A DNA stretch of 64,000 nucleotides from NCBI GenBank assembly GCA_004431415.1, contig QPMI01000482.1, positions 1 to 64,000 of the forward strand, in the 5' to 3' direction. Source of the DNA: Cyanophora paradoxa CCMP329 (taxonomy: Eukaryota > Plantae > Glaucophyta). Made by a program: the position numbers and the translations under genes. The notes beneath the pieces were generated by a model. That model was not told the origin of the DNA and did not search any database. It was given only the letters and a program-made list of their open reading frames with translations. Of this stretch, positions 14,101 to 24,618 are shown piece after piece (position 1 is the stretch's first letter; every line of letters begins with the position of its first letter).

Positions 14101-14529
14101 CTTCGGCCATCGCCGCCCTCTTCCTCGCCACCATGGTACACCCGTCCCCTCTCCTTCCCCCTCGCGGTGCTGAGGGGCCGGCCCTCCCGCAGGGCTTGTG
14201 CGTGTACTCCGTGAACGAGCTCGCGACGGACGTCCGGCCGCTCTTCAAGGTCCGCGGCCGGCGCGTCCCCGGCACTCCGGGGCTGTTGCTGACCGTGCGT
14301 CCAGGCGCTTGCGGAGCAAGACGCGGCGCTCTGGGCGAAGGAGGAGGCCGACAAGGAGGCTGCCGAGCGCGCCGAAGCGGCGGCCCCGGAGGCGGCCACG
14401 CCGCCCGCGGCGCGGCCCGTGGCGAGCGCCTGCCCTGTCTGCGGGGGTCTTGGGACGCTGGACGGGGGCGCGCGGGCCTGCCCCGCGTGCAGCGGGGGCC
14501 TTCAGGGAGCACCCCAACCGCAAGGCTAG
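11154..14529 (+). CDS. NTT: Plastid-type ATP/ADP translocase (NTT/TLC family) with long N-terminal extension and Cys-motif C-terminal tail
   Basis: Exons encode YFCILLAFTMIRDIKDVLV, SGAEAIPFLRTW, ELWGSL, EAKRVYP, SPYLRNMAILVVMY, VKYSFFDVTKEM, FIPLDQESKSKGKAAIDV and LGKSGGA, all NTT family signatures. Confidence 0.92.
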
Positions 14530-14818
14530 TCCAGCCGGGGCGTCCCTGGGGTGCAGCGCCCCTCCGGCCCTCGTTTCTGTACATTTTTATAATGATGAGT
14601 GTCTTCCTTTCGTTAGCCACGTCAGCTTTGTTCAGTTAGCCTATAATCAGTAGAGGCAGCAGCCACAGGCCACAGCTCCGAAGCGCTTTCAGTTCATGCC
14701 CCATTCGAATTTAATTGAAGTGAAGCACTGCGAACCGCACTGCCCAGCCGCCGGCCCTCTCCCCGCGCTTCAAAACACGCCTATGTACACGCGGCGCTGC
14801 TCCGCGCCGAGTCCGCGG

Positions 14819-16164
14819 CTACCGCCGCTCGTTGAGGAGTCCGAGGCGCTGCAGCAGCTCGTACTCCTCCGCCGGCGCGTCCGCTGGGACGCCCGCCCGC
14901 CCGCCCCCGCCCGCACCCGCCCGCGCCGCCGACGCCGAGGAGCCCTGCGCCTGCGCCGCCTGCCGCGCGGCGCTCGGCATCTGTGTGGGGCGTCAGCCGG
15001 CCGCCCCTCCCTCTCGTGCCGGCGGGGGTGGCACGCGCCGCGGTCTGCAGGTTGATTCCGATCTCGTCGAGGAGCTGCAGCGCAGACGAGTCAGCAAGAG
15101 GGGCGGGCGCGTGGGGGCGCTCTGGCGGGGGGAGGGGGCTCGCCTGCGCGCAGATCTCGTCGGACTGCTCGTCCTCGTCCTCCACGCCCAGCGCCCCGTC
15201 GATGGCATCCCCTGCCCCCGCCCCGAGCCTCACCGCGCCGCACGACACGGGCCTCGAGCTCGCCGAAGCGAGGCGACGCGCAAGCGCACCCATCATCTCC
15301 TCTTTCATCTGCATCTTCGCGTTCTGCTTCCCCAGCTCCTGCATGTCTTTCCTGAGGCCTGCCCGGCCGGCGCGTGAGCCCTCCCGCGGCGCGCGCGCCG
15401 GCGAAGCCAAGAGACGGCGCACCCGTCGCGTCGAGCTGCTTGTTCATGCTCGTCATGGCCTTCGTGGCCCCGGTCATCGCGGTCGCTAGCGTCGTGTTCG
15501 CTGCCAGCGACGTCGTGAGCCGCGACCCCAATCCCCATGGGCGGCCGCCGCACCTTTCATGACGCTCGCCGTCGCCCCGACCGACGATACGTGGCTCCGC
15601 ATGACGGCGAATTTTTGCTGCTGCGCCCGGAGCCGCACTAGCTGTTTGGCGAGCACCTTGGCGGAGCCCTGGGAGACACGTAATTAAGAGACAAAAGAGC
15701 GGCAGAGGGCAGGCGCGCCTGGTCGCCACGTTTCGCCGCCTGCTTGATCTCTGAGGGGCAATTAGCAGCGGCGACTCTGCCACCGGTCTCTGCTCCGAAC
15801 CTGAAATAAGCTTCGCCTCCTCGCGCGCCAGCCCATCCCGTTCCCGGTCGAGCTCCCGCGTGGCTTTGTTGAGGCCTTTCTTCTGTTCTGCGAGTAGTTC
15901 TGGCGGGCTTCACGTCAGGAGACTTAGCTGGGAAGCTGGGCGAGCCGGCGCGGGCGCGCGGCGCGCGCAGGGGCCGGAGCGGCGCGTACGGTCCCTCAGC
16001 TCACGCTATGTGAGCTACATGTCTATGAGCGCATTCGCTGCCAGGGGGGCGCTTCGGCAGACGATGTGAGGCTTATTTTCTTTCATGCAGCCACCCGCCT
16101 ATCGCACAGCCGCCACAAACAGCACACCTGCGGGCGTCTTTTCCTTCTTGAAGAGCCCGAACAT
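14819..16164 (-). CDS. VPS2: ESCRT-III subunit CHMP2/Vps2 (Snf7 family)
   Basis: MFGLFKKEKTPA..EIKQAAKRGDQ..KQLVRLRAQQQK..AMTGATKAMTSMNKQ..NAKMQMKEEMM..DEQSDEICAQ|LLDEIGI..ELLQRLGLLNERR* (MIM1-like end). Confidence 0.9.
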
Positions 16165-16197
16165 CCTCCGCTCTCTAGCGTTACAGAGCCGCTCGCT

Positions 16198-16279
16198 CAG
16201 GTCGTGCGTGTGCTCTTTTAATGCTGATGCCGCTCGTGCAGGTCGTGCGTGTGCTCTTTTAATGCTGATGCCGCTCGTG
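16198..16279 (+). repeat. Perfect 41-bp tandem duplication
   Basis: caggtcgtgcgtgtgctcttttaatgctgatgccgctcgtg x2, followed by caggt, between the divergent VPS2 and eIF5 genes. Confidence 0.95.
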
Positions 16280-16520
16280 CAGGTGCTGCGGTCGCTCGAT
16301 CTGTCCTTCGTACGGGCGGCTTACACGTGTTCCCCCTTTCGCCCGGGTACATACTAAACTTGGGATCATCTGGTGCGTCGGTGGGCGCGCGGGCTCGTGG
16401 GAGCGCTCGCGAGCGAGCAGCGCAGAGAGGGATAGTGATGCATGGCGAAGCCGGCAAGCGCGAGGGATCACGCCGGCACTCCTCCCCTTGACTTCGCTTC
16501 GCCGCCCCGCAGGACATCGT

Positions 16521-16664
16521 ATGCGCCATACCACCACGAAGGCGGACAACGCAGTCACTCAGTCACTTCAGCTCCCCAAGCTGAAGCGCACGGGAGCGGT
16601 AGAAAGAAAGAGGCACGACCGCGACAACCCACGGCCTCCGCAGGCCCCTCAACGACAGCGCTAA
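16521..16664 (+). promoter_or_regulatory. Upstream ORF (47 codons) in weak Kozak context ahead of eIF5
   Basis: cgtATGc (C at -3 and +4), open to TAA at 16662-16664, 6 nt before the strong-context eIF5 ATG (aacATGg); preceded by a likely 5'UTR intron acceptor (ccgcag, 16512). Confidence 0.55.
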
Positions 16665-16670
16665 GCGAAC

Positions 16671-18740
16671 ATGGCGACCCTCAACATCGGTGCGCCGATT
16701 GCAGCGCGCCCTCTCCGCCTACCGCGATCATTGATCTCTCGAACGAACCGCCCTTCTAACGTTCCCGTGCCGCGCGTCGCTCCTGTCCCCAGGTGGTGAT
16801 CCCAATGATCCCACGTACCGTTACAAGATGCCTCGTCTCCTCGCCAAGGTCGAGGGCCGAGGGAATGGTATCAAGACCGTCATCCCCAACATGGCGGACA
16901 TCGCCCGCTCCCTCCACCGCCCGCCGTCGTGTGCGTCCTCATCCATACGCACTTGCATCCCCTTAGCAGACCCCGCACCGTAATCATGGGCGCCCTCCCC
17001 GCCTTGACGGTCGGCGCAGACCCGACGAAGTTCTTCGGGTGCGAGCTGGGGGCGCAGTCCAAGTGGGACGAGAAGGCGAACTTTGCGGTCGTCAACGGGA
17101 ACCACGACCAAGCGACGCTGGCGCGCCTGCTCACCGGGTTCATCGACAAGTTCGTCCTCTGCGCGACCTGCAAGCTGCCCGAGGCCGACATCGAGATCGA
17201 CAAGAAGGAGTGCATCCACCTGCAGTGCAAGGTTCCCTTCGCCCACGAGCGCCCCGCCTCGCGCTCGCGGCGCGCCGACGGCCCGCGCAGGCGTGCGGCG
17301 CGAACAGCATGGTTGACATGCGCCACAAGCTCTGCACCTTCATCCTGAACAACCCACCGGAGCCGTCCAAGGGCGGCGCCAAGACCTCGAAGAAGGGCTC
17401 CAAGAAGTGCGGCTCGATCCGCGCGCCCGCGCGCCCTACCCCCGCGACAGCGCCTGACCGCCCCGCCCCGCGCGAGCAGGAAGGACGGCAGCTCGGACGA
17501 TGAAAAGAGCGAGAAGAAGGAGAAGAAGGAGAAGGGCGAGAAGAGCGAGAAGACCGACAAGGGTGAGAAGAAGGAGAAGAAGTCGAAGAAGAAGAAGGTG
17601 CGGTGGGCGTCTGCGGGGGGCGGGGTCTGGGCGCGGGGTGCGAGCGGGGGCCGGGGGCAGGACGAGTCGGAGGACGACGACGTGGACTGGGGCGAGGACG
17701 TCTCCGCCGAGGCCGTCGAGCGCCGCCGCCTCGAGGTCCGGCCCCCGCCGCGCCGCCCCGCTGCGCGTTGCTCACGGGCGCGCGGCAGGCCCTCGGCGAC
17801 ATCAAGTCCGTCCAGATCCAGGACGTCGAGATCCCCGTGGGTGCGAGGAGAGGACCCCGTCCCCCGGCGCGCCCCGCCCCCCTCACGCCGCGCCCCCCGC
17901 ACGCAGAGACCCCCAAGGCCGCCAACGGCGACGGCTCCAGCACGCCCAAGGGCGACAAAAAGAAGAAGAAGGAGAAGAAGGAGAAGGAGGCCGGCGGCGC
18001 CGCCCCGACCGTCGAGGAGCTCAAGGTGCGCGGGGCCTGCTGCCCCGGCGCCCCCGCACTGGCGCCGAGCGGCGCGGCAGGCCTTCGCCTCGGACGACAA
18101 GAGCCCCTCGGAGATCAACTCCTTCCTCAAGAAGGCGCGCCGGCGCCCCTCTCGTGACCGCCGCCGCCCCCTCACCGCCCGGCCAGGCGGGGGTGGAGGA
18201 CAAGGCCGAGCGGGTGCGGCTGGTCTTCGACGCCCTCTTCGCCGGCGAGGGCCTCCTCGCCGCCGTCAAGGCCAAGGGCGCCATCCTCAAGAAGGCGCGC
18301 CGCACCTGCGACTCGAACTCTTCAGATTCGATCCGGGCTGAACTTCCCGCGCGCCGCGCAGGTGGCGGGCGGGGACGCGGACTCGCAGGCGGAGCTGCTC
18401 GCCTGCATCGAGCGGGCGGCGCTGGCTGACGCGGCCGGCCTCAAGGGCTTCCCCAACGTCCTCAAGTCCCTCTACGACCAGGACGCCATCACCGAGGAGG
18501 TACCCCTCCTCTCTTCCGCCCCCCGCTTTCCCCGCTCCGGATCTGATCGGATACCCGGGGCAGGCGGCCATCGCGTGGCACAAGAAGGGCCCCGCGAACG
18601 ACGCGCGCACCAAGGCGACTCCCTTCGTTGACTGGCTCCAGTGCGCCGCGGTCCCCGCGCGCGCCGCCCCTGTTCTCCGGCGATCTAATTGCGCCGCTAC
18701 CCTCGCCAGGAATGCCAGCGAGGAGTCTGACGACGAGTAA
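16671..18740 (+). CDS. EIF5: Eukaryotic translation initiation factor 5
   Basis: MATLNIG|[64 protein letters not shown]|[16 protein letters not shown]; C-terminal W2 domain [22 protein letters not shown]|NASEESDDE*. Confidence 0.97.
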
Positions 18741-19102
18741 GCCGCCGGCGAAACCATGTCTGCTCCTGCCGAACTGGCGAACGTAGGTTGAGGTTGACGT
18801 AGGGAGAAAGTGCAGTGCAGGCTCTGTAGAATGTAAAGAACGCGAGACGTCGATTGAGAGCCCGCGGTATCAGCTCCGCAGAAAGCGAAACAAGAAGGCG
18901 AGAAAAAAAGGGGTGTGAGCTGTGCAGGGGTACATCGACCTTGCACAGTCGGGGGTCTGTTCGCTAGCCGCTAAGCGCTTCCCAGCCGCACTCCTCGCGT
19001 TCGTTTGCGGGTCGGCCGGTGCGATCACAGCCTAGCCGCCAGCCGTCAGCTGATCTTGTGCGCCGCGGGCCTTCGCGCAGGGGCGAATCCCGTCGAAAGA
19101 AA

Positions 19103-19767
19103 ATGCTCGCCAGCACAGCCCAGGCTGCGCGCTCCGTGTCGTCAGCCGCGCTCCTGGCTCGGCTCGGCCTGAATCCCACAAGCCTCGCCCGAGCGGCGTC
19201 GTCGGCATACAGCGCCTCTTCCCTCAACTCCCATTCGATTCAAGCGGCCTCGAACGCCGCGCGCCTCAGCCTCCGCTCGCTCGCGTCGACGGCGGACCGC
19301 CTCGGCCACAGCAGCTCGAGCCGGGTCTGCTTCGCTCGCAAGTTCTCCGCAGCGACGACCCCCTCGCGTGCGTCGTAACCTCGCGCATCCCTAGCTGCGC
19401 CGCGGGGGCCCGTACCGCTTCGTCGTGCATGGCCCCAACCGCCGGGCGTCCGCCGCGCAGAGCGCCCGCCCGAGTCGCCGAAGCGCAGCGCGGGGAAGCG
19501 CTTCCAGCCGCCAGGGGGCAACGCCGTCGCGGAGGGCGACGCCGCTGAGGGGGAGGGCGAGCCCGCCGACGAGGATCAGATGTGCGCCCGCCTGACGTCG
19601 CCGCCGCGCCCCGCGCCCCTCGGCCCCGGCGCCGCTCCGCTGCTCACGCCGGACGGCGCAATCGGCAGCTCGGACTTCTTCGAGACGGGGGAGTCGCTGG
19701 TGCGCGCCGTGCGGGGCGTCGACCGCGCCGGCATGGGCGAGGCGCAGCTGGACGAGGCCCTCGTGCG

Positions 19768-19804
<37 letters not shown>

Positions 19805-22800
19805 CGCCGCTGAGGCGGGGGCAGTCGGAGCTGCTGAAGGAGCAGCTGGGGGGCATCGGGGAGGTCGCCAAGGGCCGCCTCCTCAACCACGCCGTCCGCA
19901 GCCTCCTCAAGCCCGCCCCGCCCCGCCCCGCCCCGCCCCGCCTCGCCCCGCGTGACGCCGCCTGATCTCGCCGCACGCGATCGCAGCGACGAGGAGGAGC
20001 CGGCGCTGGCGGAGTCGATCGCGCGCGTCGCCCCCCACATCGTGCCCGTCAGCCCGACGCGCTGGCTCTACGCCTTCACCTCGTACTACGTGCGCCCTGC
20101 CGCCGGCGCGGGCTCTCGTACGGCGCGGGGGGCCCTCCTCTGAGCGGGGCGGGCGGGGGCGGGGCGGGCAGCTCCCCCGGAACGACTCTGCGTGGCTCCG
20201 CTGGAAGGAGCTCTGCTGCGGCCCCGCCGGCGCCGACCCCGCCGACCCCGCCCTCCGCCTCCAGAGCAGCATCCGCATCGACGTGCGCTGCTCGCCCGCC
20301 CCCTCCCTGCGCCCGCGGGCTCGAACCCGGGCGGGGGCAGTTCGCGTGCGGGCACATCATGCGGGGCGAGTGGGAGACGGGCGCGGACCTCGTCCACCCC
20401 AAGGATATGCCGGCGATCTTCGTGCGCGCGGGGCGCCCCCCGCGGCGGCCCCCGGGCGCCCCGAGAGCGGCCGTGCGGCGCAGCTGCTGGCGGCGTGGCG
20501 CGTGGCGTGCCTGCAGAACGGGGCGGTGGCGGGGAGCACGCAGGGGCTCGCCCCCCTCCCCGAGATCCTCTCCCGCTTCGCGGCAGAGCGCGCCAAGCAG
20601 GCCCGCCGCCGCCCGCGCACGCGTGCCCGCCTCGCCGGCGCCGCACCGAACCGGGCGGGGGCGCAGGAGCAGACGGCGTCGGAGGACGGGGGGCGGCGCC
20701 TCCTGGGGGCCATCTTCCAGCCCTCCTCCCTGGTCGCCGCCAGCGCCCCCGGCCTCGCCAAGGCCCGCCCCCCGCCCCCGCTGCTCCACAACATCCCTCC
20801 CAGCGCCTCTCTTACCCTCTTCCCCCGCCCCCGCCCCCCCCCCTCCCCCAGTGCGTCTCGGAGTTCGCGGCGGCGCTGAGGGCGGCGGACCCGGCGCTGG
20901 GGTACGCGGGGCTGGAGTTCGCGTGGCCGACGCTGCGAGCGTGGGGCGCCGTCGAGGGGGCCATCGCGGAGCACTTGCCCGACCTCCCCGCCCGCGCCGA
21001 AGAGGTGCCCCCGCTCCGCCCGCCCCTCCAGCCCCTTCTCCTACGGCTTGGCGCCCCGCCGTCGTCTAGTTGGCTGGAGCGTGGTCTTGGACTCGGGGCG
21101 GGGCGTGGCGGGGGCTGAGGGCGGGGGCGGGGCAGGTGGCGGGGACGCTGCGGGCGGGGGGCCCCGGGGCGCTGGCGGAGCTCTCGGCGGACGAGGAGGC
21201 GCGGCCGGGCCTGCGCGTCGCCGCCGCCCTCGAGCTCGCCGCCACCCTCGCCGCCTCCAAGGTCCCCCCCGCCCCGCCCCCGCCCCCCCCCCCCCCCCCC
21301 TGCCCTGCCCGCCCCTCAAGCCCCCTTTCCCCGCCCGCCCCCGCAGGGCGCGTCGGAGGAGCAGCTGCGGCGGGCCGGTGACGCGTTCGTCTACGCCGCC
21401 CACTGCGCCGGGGCCTTGCATTCGCAGGTCCCCCCCCCCTTTCCCCCCTCCTCCGCCCCCACCCCCACCCCCCTCCTCGGGACCCCTCAAACGTTCGGAT
21501 TTGTAGAGCGGACTGCGCGCGGGGGCGCGCGCGGCTCACGCTTCCTCCGCGCCGCGGCAGACGTACACCTCGCTTTCGCGGGCGGTGACGGGGGCGGCGG
21601 TGGAGCTCGCCCTCTCCTCCCGCGCCGGCGACGCTTTCGTCCTCCCCCTCAAGGCCCGCCCTCCCCTCACACCACTCTGATCTGAGGCGATCTGAGGCGC
21701 GGGGCAGGCGGTCGGCTCCCTCCCGAACGGGCTCCAGTTCCTCGGCGGGCAGAACGGCCTCAACGTGCGTGGGCCGGCGCCCCCCTCAGATCCCCTCTTC
21801 GCCCCACAGCCCCCCGCCTTTGCGCCTCTCTCTGCCTTCGAGACCCCCCAGCCTTTGGCTCGGGGCCCGCAAGGCGGCCTCCTGCCGAGCTCCCTCGCCC
21901 CTGCGCTCGGAGTGTGGGCCTCGGGGCCTGACGCCCGCCCTCCGCCTCGCGCAGGACCTCGCCGCATTCGCATTCGCCCTCGGCAACGCCCGGTCCGCCG
22001 CGGTGCGTCCCCTCCCCCCCCTTCCCTTCCGCGAGGCCCCTGCCCCCTCTGCCTCGTCCCCCTCCTCCAGCAGCGCCAGCACGCCCGTTCCCCCCCCCCC
22101 CCCGACCCGTGGGGCGGGCAGGCGATGATCGCGATGGGGCGGGAGCACCGGAGGACGGCGGGGGGCGACGCCGGCAGCAACCGCCGCGCCCTCTCCTCGT
22201 GCGCCCGCCCCCGCCCACCGCGCCCCTCGCCTTCGCCTTCCGTGGGCCCTGGGGCCGGCTTCTGGGCGGGGGCGGGGGCGGGTGGGAGGGAAGGGGGACC
22301 CCCAGGGCCGCCTCGAGTCGATGGGGGGTGGACGAGGCGAGATAGATGAGTGGCGTGAAGGGAGCCGGGGGTCCCCTTCACGGGGCCCCTCCGCATCGGG
22401 CAGGCCTCGGCGAACCCCGCCTGCTTGCGCCCGGGCTATGGGCGGCGCAGGGTCCCGGGGGAGGGGAGGGGGGCGGAGAGGGGGGCGCTGAGGGGTGCGG
22501 GGGCGGGCAGGTGGGTCCTCGCGGCGCACCGGGCCTCGTTCGAGCGGACGGTGACGGCGTGCCAGGACGCCCTCAACCTCGAGCAGATCCCCCGCCAGTC
22601 CGCCCCCGCCCCCCCGCCCCTCCCCGCCCCGCGTCGCGTAGCAAAGCGCAGCACAGCGCGCCCCCGGCTCTTCCCCTGCTCTCTCCCCGCCGCCCTGGCT
22701 GACGGGGGCGGGCGGGGGCAGCCTGGGGTCGCTGGCGACGGCAGCGGGGTACAGCAAGGACAAGGCGCGGGGGGAGGCGGTGGAGGGGATTCTGCAGCAG

Positions 22801-23358
22801 GCGGGGCGGGCGGACTACGCGCGGGCCCTCGCCGGCCCCGTGAAGCTCCTCATGACCCTCCGCGAGATGGAGCCCGAGGCCGTCGCCTCCGCCCTCCGCG
22901 ACCTCGAGAAGACCCGTCCGCCCCGCCCCCGCCCCACTCCGCCCCGCCCGCCTCGAGCCCCTCTGCAGTGGAGAGGGAGGAGGCGAAGCTGGCGAGCACG
23001 GAGAGCCGCAGGGGCGAGCCCGGCCGCGACCGCGCCGCCCTCATCCAGGGCATGCGCCGCGCCATGGTGCCCCCTGCCCCGCAGCCCTGTACCCCCCGAA
23101 CTCATTCCCCCCTCAGGTGCGGAACGCGAGCGTGATGGCGGCGCTGCACTTCGCGCTGCCGCCGCCGGAGGGCGTCGCGGCGCCCTCGCACGCCATCCGC
23201 GCCGTCCACCGCGCCATCGAGCTCACCGGCGAGCTCCCCGAGGTCCGGCCTTACCTCCTCCCCCCCCTCCCTCCGAGGAGCTTCCGAGCGCACCCCCTGA
23301 CTGTCTCTCGCCCTCTCGAACCCCCCAGACGCTCCTGCGCGCCCTCTATCGCTGGTAA
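19103..23358 (+). CDS. Hypothetical multi-exon alpha-helical protein with mitochondrial-type presequence
   Basis: First exon MLASTAQAARSVSSAALLARL... is rich in Ser/Ala/Arg with almost no acidic residues; about 20 GC3-biased exons with typical short introns, ending TLLRALYRW*. No family recognised. Confidence 0.6.
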
Positions 23359-24618
23359 GCGTGGTTTCCTCGCCCGCCCTCCCGAGCTCCCGGAGCGGGG
23401 CGGCTCACGGGTACGCCGGCGCGCAGCGTGGACCTGCCGCCGGAGCGCGCGCGGGGCACCTTCGCGAAGCTGTGGACGAAGCTGCGGCTCACGCGGAGGC
23501 ACCTCGCGAACGCGAGCCGGCAGCGTTCGCGCTCCTCGGCCAGCGGCGGCGAGGCCGAGGCCGAGGCCGCCGCCGAGCAGAACTGATCATGACAGCTAGC
23601 ACCATCGCCAAGTACTGCAGCCTGCCGGGCCTGCAGCTGCATGAGCCCTACGTACTAGGACTTGGGCCCGGCCGCGGGGTCAGTCTACGGATAGCGCTAG
23701 CGCTGGTTCGAATTCGATATTTGATCGAGCGCTCGGGCCGGGTACCGGTTTTGCCAATTGCAATCGGAGGAGCGGTCGCCTTGGCCCTTGGGTCGCGAAT
23801 TCCTCTCGACTAATTCCTCTCGACTCAGAGTCTCGAGTCGGTTTTTTTAAGGACATGTAAAATGTACTTGAGAGTTTCGAACCGATCGGAAATGGCTAGA
23901 AGCCTCTTAGTAGCCCGGCCGGCCGGCGCGGCCGGCGCGCGCCGCCGCGCGGGCGCCGGGCGGCGCGGGGGCGGCCGGCGGTCACGGGTACCCGTGGGCC
24001 GTGACCGGTACTACGGTAGTCGGCGGCGACTCGGCGCATTCGAAACCTTGCAGCAGCTGCTGCAGCCTGCATGCGCAGCGCTAGCATGCAAGCAATTGCA
24101 ACTTGGCAAAGCAAAGCCTTGAAGGTTCGGTTCGGTTCACTCATATCACTTGCCGTAGCTGCAGTGCGCTTCGCGGAAATCCCCGGGCCCTAGAGCGCTA
24201 GCCTACAGCTACAGCTATATAGCTAGCTCTCAGCTGCTCACTAAGTCAAGAAGTCGGCACTGCGGCAGTTTCTCGGCCCGTTTCTCGGCAGTCGATCCGA
24301 TCCTTGTTCGCGGAGTCCCGGGCCGGGAGTCCACGTGCACGCCGCGCGCAGCCGCGCGCGAGCGCGAGCGCTGGTCAGTGGTCACTGCAACTGCCGCCGC
24401 GGCGCCCGAGTCCGCGGAGGCCGCGGAGGCCACGAGCTCCGAGTCCGAGGCCTAGACGCGGCGCCCGGCCGCGGCCGCGCGCGCTCTCCGCAGGCTGGGC
24501 GCGGGCTACTAGGCTAATTGCGCAGGCGCGGCCGGCCAGGCGCGCGGCGGCCGAGGTCAAGGCCTAGGCCTTCATAAAAATTACAGCTGCAGCTGCAGCT
24601 GTGACGACGGAGCAGACC

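Noticed and set aside
16198-16284. CRISPR-like repeat
   Set aside because: Two adjacent copies with no spacer, no cas genes, eukaryotic context.
17500-17600. Lys/Glu-rich repeat in eIF5
   Set aside because: A low-complexity charged linker between the N-terminal and W2 domains is usual for eIF5.
19767-19803. Long poly-C/poly-G runs (also near 30899 and 63484)
   Set aside because: Intronic or intergenic homopolymers of unreliable length, consistent with the general intron composition.
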